A stretch of DNA of 64,000 bases from an uncultured Candidatus Binatia bacterium. GTDB taxonomy: Bacteria; Desulfobacterota; Binatia; UBA9968; JAJDTQ01. Positions 9,801 to 19,010 of the stretch are shown piece after piece (position 1 is the first letter of the stretch; each line of letters starts with the position of its first letter). The stretch covers positions 1,568,001 through 1,632,000 of the forward strand of contig OZ243916.1 of the NCBI GenBank assembly GCA_965213675.1, read 5' to 3'. Under the pieces are notes generated by a model that saw only the letters and a list, made by a program, of their open reading frames with translations, made no database searches and was not told the DNA's origin. A program made the translations under genes and the position numbers.

Positions 9801-11603
9801 GATCTCCGTGGATTCCGAGGCGTGATTGCCTCGGCCTCATTGAAGCAGTAAAGTCTCCCGACTCCATCAGCGTCCGTTCGTTATGATTCCGAGGCGTGAT
9901 TGCCTCGGCCTCATTGAAGCCGAGGTAGCCTGCGCCGAACAATCCGAGGAGGCCGGCAGGATTCCGAGGCGTGATTGCCTCGGCCTCATTGAAGCGCGGA
10001 ACAATCGGGTTTCCATGAATTAAGGGAGGCAAGGACGATTCCGAGGCGTGATTGCCTCGGCCTCATTGAAGCGAATTTGTCAAGGCAATTGACACGGCGC
10101 TGTCACGCGGGATTCCGAGGCGTGATTGCCTCGGCCTCATTGAAGCGTGCGGCTGTCGGGCGGGGGTGGATCAAGCGAGGGGAGATTCCGAGGCGTGATT
10201 GCCTCGGCCTCATTGAAGCCAGCGGCGCGGCTTTCGCAGGTTCGAGGCGGTAGAGATGATTCCGAGGCGTGATTGCCTCGGCCTCATTGAAGCCTCGCTA
10301 CACACCACGCAGTACACTGGCTCCTCGCCGATTCCGAGGCGTGATTGCCTCGGCCTCATTGAAGCCGGGAATCAGCGACTTGACGAGAAGCCAGCCTGTC
10401 TCGATTCCGAGGCGTGATTGCCTCGGCCTCATTGAAGCCACCGGGTTCAGGGTGGTGTTGACGCTTGGCGTGGATGATTCCGAGGCGTGATTGCCTCGGC
10501 CTCATTGAAGCCATACGATCCGAGAAAGTTACTTCTTTTGGACCCCACCGATTCCGAGGCGTGATTGCCTCGGCCTCATTGAAGCAGGAATATGCACGCC
10601 ATTGAAGAGAACATAGCGCAGATTCCGAGGCGTGATTGCCTCGGCCTCATTGAAGCCAATATTCTTGTTGACAACCACGACATCCGAATCGAAGGGGATT
10701 CCGAGGCGTGATTGCCTCGGCCTCATTGAAGCCCGACGCCGTACCAACCGGTTACAGCGCGGGGGCCGTGATTCCGAGGCGTGATTGCCTCGGCCTCATT
10801 GAAGCATCGAGACTCCGGCCCGCCTCCACCAGCGTCCGAAACGGATTCCGAGGCGTGATTGCCTCGGCCTCATTGAAGCCCGACATGATGGAGGATATTC
10901 AAGGCCAGGAAATCGCGGATTCCGAGGCGTGATTGCCTCGGCCTCATTGAAGCCGATCCTCCTTCGTAGAGATCTTCTCCACGTAGTAAGTGATTCCGAG
11001 GCGTGATTGCCTCGGCCTCATTGAAGCAAGTAGCCACCGCATCGAGGTTGCCGCCTCGCGCACCCGATTCCGAGGCGTGATTGCCTCGGCCTCATTGAAG
11101 CGCCACCCCTTGTGTATGGTCGGCGGCGGATGCGGCGGATTCCGAGGCGTGATTGCCTCGGCCTCATTGAAGCTGGTGGACCAGACTTCGGCCGCGCTGA
11201 CAAAGGCCGGGCGATTCCGAGGCGTGATTGCCTCGGCCTCATTGAAGCTCCTCATCCGCGTCCCCGTCCAGTGTGGGCGGTTCGGATTCCGAGGCGTGAT
11301 TGCCTCGGCCTCATTGAAGCGCGGCGATGTGGCCGTGGTGGATCGTGGCGACATGGACGATTCCGAGGCGTGATTGCCTCGGCCTCATTGAAGCGTGAGC
11401 GTCTTCGCCGGGTCGCCGATCACATCCAACGCGATTCCGAGGCGTGATTGCCTCGGCCTCATTGAAGCTTCTCCTGCTCGATCTGCGCCTTCGCCTTGTC
11501 GGCAAGATTCCGAGGCGTGATTGCCTCGGCCTCATTGAAGCCTCCTTGAAATGTGGTTGAAGTAATATGTGGCCACGATTCCGAGGCGTGATTGCCTCGG
11601 CCT
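6802..11603 (+). CRISPR. CRISPR array: 65 complete 36-bp repeats GATTCCGAGGCGTGATTGCCTCGGCCTCATTGAAGC, a 66th truncated to 27 bp, and 65 spacers of about 35-41 bp
   Basis: Repeats counted by hand from 6802 to 11577. Internal hairpin CCGAGGC/GCCTCGG. The 3' ATTGAAGC end and the leader position give + orientation. Confidence 0.98.
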
Positions 11604-11817
11604 TGTAGCGGACAACTGTAAATGTCCCATTTGTGTCAATCGAAAATGTCCCACATTGAAGATTGCGAGGAGGTGTACGTCGGGCCAGTCTGTTGGCAAA
11701 AGCCAACAGGAATGGAGCGGCGAACCGATGCACGGATGGGAGACGAGGATGCTGCTCAGGCACTACCTAGAGCAAGGTGTAACGAAGACGGAGCTGTCGT
11801 GGCGGTTCGGGCTGAGT
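11604..11817 (+). mobile_element. istA: IS21-family left end plus istA 5' fragment, inserted in the last array repeat
   Basis: Starts TGTAGCGGACAAC and carries two copies of AAATGTCCCA 24 bp apart (11620, 11644), as in IS21 multi-repeat ends. The ATG at 11728 gives MHGWETRMLLRHYLEQGVTKTELSWRFGLS, an IstA-like HTH start that then breaks off. Confidence 0.8.
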
Positions 11818-11994
11818 GAGGTGGTCATGGTGTTCTCCTGAAAGGTTGGTTATCCGTAAACACGAACCTATTCCTTCCAGGAGCGGTGTCGCCACCGCCG
11901 GCGCCCTCCTCGCTTGCCTTTGGACGCTGATGGCGGGACTGTCACGTGATTACCGTCTCAATACACACTGGCGGTGTCCCCGCCCACGCCCCGC

Positions 11995-12021
11995 CTGGAT
12001 TCCCGCTTTCGCGGGAATGAC
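11995..12021. repeat. REP-like palindrome (GGATTCCCGC-TTTC-GCGGGAATGAC family), copy 1
   Basis: ATTCCCGC/GCGGGAAT inverted repeat; related copies at 34464 and 54548. Confidence 0.7.
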
Positions 12022-12094
12022 GCTTCGTAGGCCGTGTTTCGAATCGCTCTTCACGAACTATTTTGCAACATTGGGATTTGGCTGACACGCTCGA

Positions 12095-12130
12095 GATTCC
12101 GAGGCGTGATTGCCTCGGCCTCTTTGAAGC
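12095..12130 (+). CRISPR. Orphan, degenerate terminal CRISPR repeat
   Basis: GATTCCGAGGCGTGATTGCCTCGGCCTCTTTGAAGC, one mismatch to the consensus. Confidence 0.9.
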
Positions 12131-12174
12131 AGGCCGCTCCCTTACTTCGGTACGGTTGGCGATAACAAACCGGC

Positions 12175-12203
12175 TTGACATCACATCTGGCCGGTCCAAT
12201 AAT
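12175..12203 (+). promoter_or_regulatory. Putative sigma70 promoter of the phd-vapC pair
   Basis: TTGACA-N17-AATAAT. Confidence 0.55.
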
Positions 12204-12209
12204 CCAGCC

Positions 12210-12485
12210 ATGACAACTGGACGAGGATACGGGTTGGCGGAGTGGCCGCTGCAAGATGGGCGGAACAGATTCAGGGCCATGCTGGACGCGGCACGGCCAA
12301 GTGTGCCGCAACGAATGACCCGACGCGGCAAACCCGTCGTCGTGTTGGCCGTCGATGAATTTGAGTGCCTGCGCCACGTCGAGAGGGCGAGGGCGCCTGG
12401 ATTCGCGGAGTTGCTGCGCGCGATTCCACAGGATGGGGCGTATCTCGACCGGCTTGCATCGCCGTCACGGCCAGTGGACGCCTGA
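12210..12485 (+). CDS. Phd/YefM-family antitoxin (possibly degenerate)
   Basis: EWPLQDGRNRFRAMLDAA...PQRMTRRGKPVVVL..DEF matches the Phd/YefM pattern. Start at 12210 or TTG 12234. Confidence 0.75.
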   Translation: MTTGRGYGLAEWPLQDGRNRFRAMLDAARPSVPQRMTRRGKPVVVLAVDEFECLRHVERARAPGFAELLRAIPQDGAYLDRLASPSRPVDA

Positions 12486-12661
12486 TGTTTTTGATCGACA
12501 TGGATGTCTTGACCGCCCTCAGGAAGAGCGAACGTAACCCCGCGGATTTGCTGCGCGCGGCCACCGCACTCGAACATGGGCTGACCGTGATGACTTGCAA
12601 CATCCGCCACTTCAAAGCTGCCGGCGTCCCTGTGGACGACCCGCCCGCACCCCGCTCCTGA
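12485..12661 (+). pseudogene. vapC: VapC/PIN toxin with a large internal deletion
   Basis: The N-terminal MFLIDMDVL is joined directly to the C-terminal DLLRAATALEHGLTVMTCNIRHF...VDDP. Only 58 aa against about 135 expected. TGATG overlap with the antitoxin. Confidence 0.8.
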
Positions 12662-12711
12662 TCCACGTCACCGTGTTCCCATGCAATTCCACACAACCCG
12701 GAGATTTCTCG

Positions 12712-14994
12712 ATGATGAAATACGTCGGCCGATCAGTCCGCAGCCTGGACGCGGATGAAAAAGTCACCGGCACGGCCGTCTACACGGCGGACCTCACCAT
12801 GCCGGGCATGAAGTTCGCCCGGATCGTGTCGAGCCCTCACGCCCATGCGCGCATCGACGGTTTCGACCTCGACGCGGCGCGGGCGGTGCCGGGTGTGTGC
12901 GCCGTCGTGACGTACGGCAGCCTGGAGATCGGGCGGCTGGGTTGCATTCGGGCGCTCAAGCTCTATGGGCAATCGGTCAAGGACCGCCCGGTGCTGGCCC
13001 ACGGGAAGACCCGCTTTCAGGGGGAGCCGGTGGCCATCGTGGTGGCGGACAGCGAGACCGCGGCGGTGGAGGGGGCGGCGCGGGTGGAGGTGCGATACAC
13101 GCCGCTGCCGGAGGTGGCCGACGTGATGCCCGCCATCGAGGGCGGCACACTGGTGCACGACGCTGGCGCGGTGTACGACACCGAGGGCGCCGACGACTTC
13201 GAATACGACTACGCCCACAACCACTGCGGCGGCACCCACTTCATGGAAGGCGATCCGGAGCGCGCCTTTGGCGAGGCCGCCCGGGTCATCGAGGACCGCT
13301 TCACGTTCCCGTCGCTGTTCCACTATCCCATGGAGCCCCACTGCGCCGTGGCCATGGTGGACGAGTCTTCGGTCACCGTGCACAGCTCCTCCCAGGCGCC
13401 CTTTCCGGTGCGCGACGAGCTGGCGCGCATGTTCGGGCTGGAGCCCGGGCAGGTGACGGTGAAGGTGCCCTACGTGGGCGGCGGCTTCGGCGCCAAGGGA
13501 CACGTGAGCATGGAGCATCTGGCCGTGCTGGCGGCGGCCGCCACCGGGGCGCCGGTGCAGCTTCGCCTGTCCATGGAGGAAACCGCGTTCACCGCCCGGC
13601 GCCATCCGGCCGAGATCGCCATCCGCACCGGCATCAGGGAAGATGGCACGCTCTTGTGCCGCGAGGCGAAGATCTACCTCGACACCGGTGCCTACGCGGA
13701 TTTCGGCATTCAGGTGACGCGCAAGGCCGCGTTCCGCTCGGTGGGACCCTACCGCGTGGAACACGCGCGCGCCGATTGCTACTCGGTGTACACCAACAAG
13801 GTGCCCGCCGGGGCCTTTCGCGGCATCGGCAGCGTGCAGCTCGGCTGGGCGTGCGAGGCGCATACCGACCACATCTGCGCCGAACTGGGCTACGACCCCA
13901 TCGAGTTCCGCCGCAAGAACCTGCTGCGCTCCGGCGAGAAGTACGTGCTCGGGGGACCGCCCCTGGATGGCAGCCCGCTGGACACGTTTCAGGTGTGCCT
14001 GGAACGCTTCGAGGCGTCCCGGCGGGAACGCGCGCCGGAGTCCCTGGCCCGGCCGGGGGAAAAGATCGGCACCGGCATCGCCTGCGCCATCAAGGACCTG
14101 TCCACCACCCTGTACAACGCCCGCATCGTCTTCGAGGACGACGCCACCTTTACCGTGCATGCCAACGCCCCGGAGATCGGCGGCGGCGCCAAGACCGTGC
14201 TGGCGCAGACCGCGGCCGAAGTGCTGGGCGTCGGCATCGAGCGGATCACCATCGCCCCCTACGACACCAGCACCGCGCCCGGCGCCTCCGGCGTCTACGG
14301 CAGCCGCATCACCGTGCTCATGGGCAACGCGGTGAAGCGCGCGTCCGAAGAACTGCGGGAGCTGCTGCTGCAACAGGCCGCGGCCCTCACCGACCGGGAC
14401 GTGCAGAACCTCTCGCTGGACGACGGCGTGTTTTCGAACAGCGGCGAGCCGGTGATGAACCTGGAGGAACTGGCGGAACGCACCACGGGCACGCTGGTGG
14501 GCCGGGGCATGGACAAGGCCCTCACCCGCGACCGCATCGACATCCGCACCTGGGAGATCAACGCAGGCATCGCGGTGATGGCGGTGGATCCCGAAACCGG
14601 CCGCACACGCTGTCTGAGCTACGTTTCCTCGGCCGACATCGGCCAAGCCATGCACCCGCTGCGGTGCGAGGGCCAGGAGCAGGGCTCGGTCATGTTCGGC
14701 ATGGGCAACTCCCTCACCGAGGAACAGGTGTTCGACGGCGCCCTGCTGCTGAACCCCAGCGCCATCGACTACGCGCTGCCGCGCTTCAAGGACCTGCCCG
14801 CGGTGTTCGACTCGGTCCTCATCGAGAACGGTGATGGCCCCGGCCCCTTCGGCAGCAAGGGCATGGCCGAAGGCGGCCTCGCCCCGGTGGCCCCCGCCAT
14901 CGCCGCCGCCCTGTACAATGCTGTGGGCGTGGTGGTGCGTGACCTGCCCATGAGCCCCGAGCGGGTGTACCGTCTGATGGATGACGGACGCTGA
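12712..14994 (+). CDS. Xanthine dehydrogenase-family molybdopterin-binding large subunit
   Basis: KVTG.A.Y..D, SPHAHARI, GGGFGAK, AFRGIG and GSKGMAEGG. Confidence 0.92.
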   Translation: MMKYVGRSVRSLDADEKVTGTAVYTADLTMPGMKFARIVSSPHAHARIDGFDLDAARAVPGVCAVVTYGSLEIGRLGCIRALKLYGQSVKDRPVLAHGKTRFQGEPVAIVVADSETAAVEGAARVEVRYTPLPEVADVMPAIEGGTLVHDAGAVYDTEGADDFEYDYAHNHCGGTHFMEGDPERAFGEAARVIEDRFTFPSLFHYPMEPHCAVAMVDESSVTVHSSSQAPFPVRDELARMFGLEPGQVTVKVPYVGGGFGAKGHVSMEHLAVLAAAATGAPVQLRLSMEETAFTARRHPAEIAIRTGIREDGTLLCREAKIYLDTGAYADFGIQVTRKAAFRSVGPYRVEHARADCYSVYTNKVPAGAFRGIGSVQLGWACEAHTDHICAELGYDPIEFRRKNLLRSGEKYVLGGPPLDGSPLDTFQVCLERFEASRRERAPESLARPGEKIGTGIACAIKDLSTTLYNARIVFEDDATFTVHANAPEIGGGAKTVLAQTAAEVLGVGIERITIAPYDTSTAPGASGVYGSRITVLMGNAVKRASEELRELLLQQAAALTDRDVQNLSLDDGVFSNSGEPVMNLEELAERTTGTLVGRGMDKALTRDRIDIRTWEINAGIAVMAVDPETGRTRCLSYVSSADIGQAMHPLRCEGQEQGSVMFGMGNSLTEEQVFDGALLLNPSAIDYALPRFKDLPAVFDSVLIENGDGPGPFGSKGMAEGGLAPVAPAIAAALYNAVGVVVRDLPMSPERVYRLMDDGR

Positions 14995-15072
14995 GGCGAA
15001 ACCGGGCGGTTCGCGTGGGCCCGGACCGTCACTCCATTTGGCGTTCGCCCCAAGTCACGTTAAACTACCGAC

Positions 15073-15264
15073 ATGGCTCAACCGAGAACAACCTTCGCCA
15101 AGCGCCAACGGGAGCGCGCGAAGCAAGAGAAGAAAGAGGAGAAGGCCAGACGGCGCGCCGAGCGCAAGGAAGCGCGGCAGGATCGGCCGGAACGCGGCGA
15201 TGACGTCGATCCCGACATCGCGGATATCGTTCCCGGCCCGCAGCCTCCCATTGAGGACCTCTGA
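15073..15264 (+). CDS. Small K/R/E-rich hypothetical protein (63 aa)
   Basis: Coding-like codon usage. TFAKRQRERAKQEKKEEK...DPDIADIVPGPQP resembles small proteins seen next to RNA-binding protein genes. Confidence 0.65.
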   Translation: MAQPRTTFAKRQRERAKQEKKEEKARRRAERKEARQDRPERGDDVDPDIADIVPGPQPPIEDL

Positions 15265-15372
15265 TCGCGAGTCGGCCATTGAGTCGTCTGCCAATCCGTC
15301 ATCTTCGGTTCACTACCGGCATCGTCACTGGTAGGGGCGTGGTGGGCCGTTGCGACCGCCCGCCCGCGCCCG

Positions 15373-15401
15373 TTGACACGGACGCCGGATGCCGCTACAG
15401 T
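15373..15401 (+). promoter_or_regulatory. Putative sigma70 promoter of the RRM/DEAD-box operon
   Basis: TTGACA-N17-TACAGT, about 190 nt upstream of the RRM start. Confidence 0.55.
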
Positions 15402-15412
15402 TCCTGTTCAAG

Positions 15413-15458
15413 TTGTGTTCCAGCCTAACGTTGTGTTCCAGCCCGTTGTGTTCCAGCC
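15413..15458. repeat. Three tandem copies of GTTGTGTTCCAGCC
   Basis: Directly visible in the predicted 5' UTR. Confidence 0.85.
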
Positions 15459-15591
15459 TAGTCTTCCCGCCAAAGCACCAGTCGAAAGCAAAAATCACCA
15501 CGTGCCGTGAAGGACGCATGTTCTTGCCCAAGGCGGCGGTCCCAGGGTCGGACAGACTGGTTTTCTTTTGTATCAACCATTGGAGAGAAAC

Positions 15592-15924
15592 ATGAGTCAG
15601 AAATTGTACGTGGGCGGTTTGCCCTATTCCGTAACAGATGGCCAGCTCGAGGAGATTTTCACCGAGCACGGGACCGTAGAGTCCGCCACGGTCATCGCGG
15701 ACAAGTTCACCGGCCAGTCGCGCGGCTTCGGTTTCGTGGAAATGGGTTCGAGCGACGAGTGCCAGAAGGCCATCGACGCGCTCAACGGCAAAGAGCTTCA
15801 GGGCCGTACGCTCACGGTGAACGAGGCACGGCCGCAGGAACGACGGTCCGGTTTTGGTAACGCGGGAGGCGGCGGCGGAGGAGGAAACCGGCGGTCGGGC
15901 GGAGGCAGGCCGGGCCGCTGGTAG
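15592..15924 (+). CDS. RRM-domain RNA-binding protein with glycine-rich tail
   Basis: RNP2 KLYVGGL, RNP1 RGFGFVEM, LTVNEARP and a G/R-rich C-terminus. GGAGA RBS. Confidence 0.95.
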   Translation: MSQKLYVGGLPYSVTDGQLEEIFTEHGTVESATVIADKFTGQSRGFGFVEMGSSDECQKAIDALNGKELQGRTLTVNEARPQERRSGFGNAGGGGGGGNRRSGGGRPGRW

Positions 15925-15955
15925 CGGCACCCGTATTCTGCTAGCCAACCCACCC

Positions 15956-15983
15956 AACTTGGCGGTCACGGGACCGCCAAGTT
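15956..15983 (+). other. Perfect 12-bp hairpin between the RRM and helicase genes
   Basis: AACTTGGCGGTC-ACGG-GACCGCCAAGTT. Confidence 0.7.
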
Positions 15984-16092
15984 CCACAACCCAAGTCTCA
16001 TATCCCAAGTCTCAATTCCTTGGCTGAAGGATGTGGATCCTCGGCCACCAACAATTCTCCCAATACGGACTCGCCACCCAAAGAAATCATTT

Positions 16093-17394
16093 ATGCCAAA
16101 CTCAGACTCCCCCTCCTTCGACACATTCGGTCTGTCCGACCCCCTGCTCAAGGATCTCGCCAGGGTCGGCTTCGTTTCCCCCACTCCCATACAGGCAAAG
16201 GCTCTGCCCGCGGCGCTCGAAGGCCGCGATGTCCTCGGCTGCGCGCAGACCGGAACGGGCAAGACCGCGGCGTTCGTGATCCCCATGGTGGAGCGGCTCG
16301 CGGGCTCGCCGGAGGGACCGCCCCGAGGCTTGATTCTGGCGCCGACCCGCGAACTGGCGTACCAGATCCAGGAGACCATCGACCAGCTCGGACACGCGCT
16401 GCGGGTATACGCCACCACCGTGGTGGGCGGCGCGGACATGCAGGCGCAACTACGCGGCCTCGGGCGGCACCCCGAGATCGTGGTGGCCACGCCGGGCCGG
16501 CTGCTGGACCTGATGTGGGACGGGCATCTCGACTTGAGAGACGTGGAAGTGGTGGTCCTGGACGAGGCCGACCGCATGCTCGACATGGGCTTTGCCGATC
16601 AACTGAACCAGGTCATCGACGCGCTCCCGCCCGAACGGCAGAGCTTCCTCTACTCCGCCACCCTGCCCACCGACCTGCGGGAGCTGGTGCGCATGTCGCT
16701 GCGGGATCCGTTCAAGGCGGTGGTCGCAAGGCCCGCCACACCCGCGGACGGCGTCACCCACACGCTCCACAACACCACGCCGGGGGCCAAGACATCGCTC
16801 CTGCTGTCGCTTCTCAAGGACAACCACGAATCCGTGCTCGTCTTCACCCGCACCAAGAGCCGCGCCGACCTCATCGCCGAAACCCTGCGGCGCAGCGGCC
16901 ATCGCGCCGCCGAGATCCACGGCAACCTGTCGCTGGAACGGCGCCGCGGCGCCCTCGAAGGGTTCCGCCGGGGCCGCCACCGCATCCTCGTGGCCACCGA
17001 CATCGCCGCCCGCGGCCTCGACATCGACAACATCGGTCACGTCATCAACTACGACCTCCCCTACACGCCGGAGGACTACGTGCACCGCATCGGCCGCACC
17101 GCGCGCATGGCCGCCGTCGGCCGGGCCACGAGCTTCGCCACCGCCGCGGACAGCAAGTCCGTGCTGGCCATCGAGAAGATCCTCGGGCAATCCATCCCGA
17201 GGCCATCGGAAGGACACCCGGGCAAAATGCGCCCGAACCGCAACGCGGGCCCGGAAGCCCCCGACGCCAAGCGCACCCCTCCCGCCGCCAAACGCCGCCG
17301 GCCGCGCAAGCGGTCCAGTCAGTCCGGCGCGCGCCGCGAGCCGCATGCGGAGGCTGCCCCCCGGCAAGCCGCACCGGTCACCGAACAGCCGTAG
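16093..17394 (+). CDS. DEAD-box RNA helicase (RhlE-like)
   Basis: [36 protein letters not shown] and HRIGRTAR, with a basic tail. Confidence 0.96.
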   Translation: MPNSDSPSFDTFGLSDPLLKDLARVGFVSPTPIQAKALPAALEGRDVLGCAQTGTGKTAAFVIPMVERLAGSPEGPPRGLILAPTRELAYQIQETIDQLGHALRVYATTVVGGADMQAQLRGLGRHPEIVVATPGRLLDLMWDGHLDLRDVEVVVLDEADRMLDMGFADQLNQVIDALPPERQSFLYSATLPTDLRELVRMSLRDPFKAVVARPATPADGVTHTLHNTTPGAKTSLLLSLLKDNHESVLVFTRTKSRADLIAETLRRSGHRAAEIHGNLSLERRRGALEGFRRGRHRILVATDIAARGLDIDNIGHVINYDLPYTPEDYVHRIGRTARMAAVGRATSFATAADSKSVLAIEKILGQSIPRPSEGHPGKMRPNRNAGPEAPDAKRTPPAAKRRRPRKRSSQSGARREPHAEAAPRQAAPVTEQP

Positions 17395-17588
17395 CCGGCC
17401 GGCTTCAAGCGCTTGACGAAAATGCGCGGGAGTGCTTGAAGTCGTTGCGGAAAGTTTCCCGCTTTCGTGGACGTGAAGCAGTGGCATTGTGCCCGCCCCG
17501 TGAATTTCGAAGCAGCCTGTCTCGCGGCATCGACCTGATTGGCGCGAAGAGACCCTGCCCGCAGTGGCGCGACTCTGACGAGGAATCC

Positions 17589-18065
17589 ATGGAACATCCC
17601 GCAAGAACCATCCACATTACCGTGAACGGCACGGCGCACGCGGCCGAAGTGGAGCCGCGTCTACTGCTGGTGCACTTTCTACGCGAGAACCTGGGACTCA
17701 CGGGCACCCACGTGGGCTGCGACACGAGCCAGTGCGGCGCGTGCACCGTGCACCTCGACGGGGCCGCGGTGAAGTCCTGCACCGTACTGGCGGTGCAGGC
17801 CGACGGCGCCGGGGTCACCACCATCGAGGGCATGGCGGACGGCGCCACCCTGCACCCGATACAGGCGGCCTTTCAGGAAGAACACGGCCTCCAGTGCGGT
17901 TTTTGCACGCCGGGCATGGTGATGACCGCCGCGCATCTGCTGGAGACCCAGCCCGATGCGGACGACGACGCCATCAAGCACGCCTTGGAGGGGAACCTGT
18001 GCCGCTGCACCGGCTATGTGAACATCGTCAAGGCCATCCGCGCGGCGGCCGGGCAACTGAGGTAA
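17589..18065 (+). CDS. coxS: CoxS-like 2Fe-2S small subunit
   Basis: [20 protein letters not shown] and [12 protein letters not shown] at 17589 after GAGGA. Confidence 0.92.
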   Translation: MEHPARTIHITVNGTAHAAEVEPRLLLVHFLRENLGLTGTHVGCDTSQCGACTVHLDGAAVKSCTVLAVQADGAGVTTIEGMADGATLHPIQAAFQEEHGLQCGFCTPGMVMTAAHLLETQPDADDDAIKHALEGNLCRCTGYVNIVKAIRAAAGQLR

Positions 18066-18071
18066 CCGCAC

Positions 18072-18935
18072 ATGCATCCAGCCAGCTTCGGATATGAGGC
18101 GCCGGGCTCCCTTCAGGAAGCCTTCGGCCTTTTGCGGCAACACGGGGAAGACGCCAAGCTCCTGGCGGGAGGACACAGCCTGCTGCCCGCCATGAAGCTG
18201 CGCCTGACCCAGCCCGAGGTGCTAATCGACCTGAGCCGGATCCCCGGGCTGCGCGGCATCCGGCAGGACGGGGACAACCTGATCATCGGCGCCCTGACGA
18301 CCCACACCGAGGTTTCCACGTCGGAGACGATTCGGAGCCTTCTGCCGGGCCTGGCGGACACGGCTTCGGTCATCGGCGATTTGCAGGTGCGGAATCGCGG
18401 CACCATGGGCGGCAGCGTCGCTCACGCCGATCCCGGCGCCGATCTGCCTGTGACGCTCACCGCGCTGGGCGCGTCGTTCGTGCTCACCGCGGCCGGCGGC
18501 GAGCGCACGGTGGCGGCGGGCGACTTCTTTGTGGATTTCTTCACCACGGCCCTGGAGCCCGACGAGGTCCTCACGGCCATCCGGATCCCGCTGCCGGTCA
18601 CCCCCGCCGCGACGAGCTACGCCAAGCTGCCGCACCCGGCCTCGGGCTACGTGGTGGTGAGCGCGGCGGCGGCGCTGACCATGGACGGCGCCGGCGCGTG
18701 CACCGGCGCGCGCGTCGTTCTGGGCGGCGTGGGCGGAACGCCGCACCGGGCCACGGGGAGCGAAACCGCACTGGAAGGCCAGCCGCTGACGCCCGAGGTG
18801 ATGGCGGCAGCGGCCGCGCGCGCCGCGGAAGGCATCGACCCGCACGCCGATTCCTACGCCGACGAGGAATACAAGCGCCACATGGCCGTGGTTTACGCGC
18901 GCCGCGCCATCGAAGCGGCGGCCGCGCGAAGGTAG
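18072..18935 (+). CDS. coxM: CoxM-like FAD-binding subunit
   Basis: AGGHSLLP.MKLRL and QVRNRGTMGGS.AHADP..D. Confidence 0.92.
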   Translation: MHPASFGYEAPGSLQEAFGLLRQHGEDAKLLAGGHSLLPAMKLRLTQPEVLIDLSRIPGLRGIRQDGDNLIIGALTTHTEVSTSETIRSLLPGLADTASVIGDLQVRNRGTMGGSVAHADPGADLPVTLTALGASFVLTAAGGERTVAAGDFFVDFFTTALEPDEVLTAIRIPLPVTPAATSYAKLPHPASGYVVVSAAAALTMDGAGACTGARVVLGGVGGTPHRATGSETALEGQPLTPEVMAAAAARAAEGIDPHADSYADEEYKRHMAVVYARRAIEAAAARR

Positions 18936-19010
18936 AAACGTGTTGGCGGCTGCGGCCGCGCCTGTTCCACGGCGAAAGCCTGTTCCACAGCGAAGGACAG
19001 AGGACACCTC

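Noticed and set aside
6802-11603. Self-targeting spacers within the window
   Set aside because: None noticed by eye, but an exhaustive comparison was not possible, so nothing is claimed.
6922-11763. Many ORFs with repeated MRPRQSRLGI / IPRRDCLGLIEA / FRGVIASASLK peptides
   Set aside because: These are translations of the CRISPR repeat in different frames, not proteins.
16020-18065. 681-aa ORF suggesting a large fusion to CoxS
   Set aside because: The upstream part is an alternative frame of the DEAD-box gene. CoxS starts at 17589 with its own RBS.
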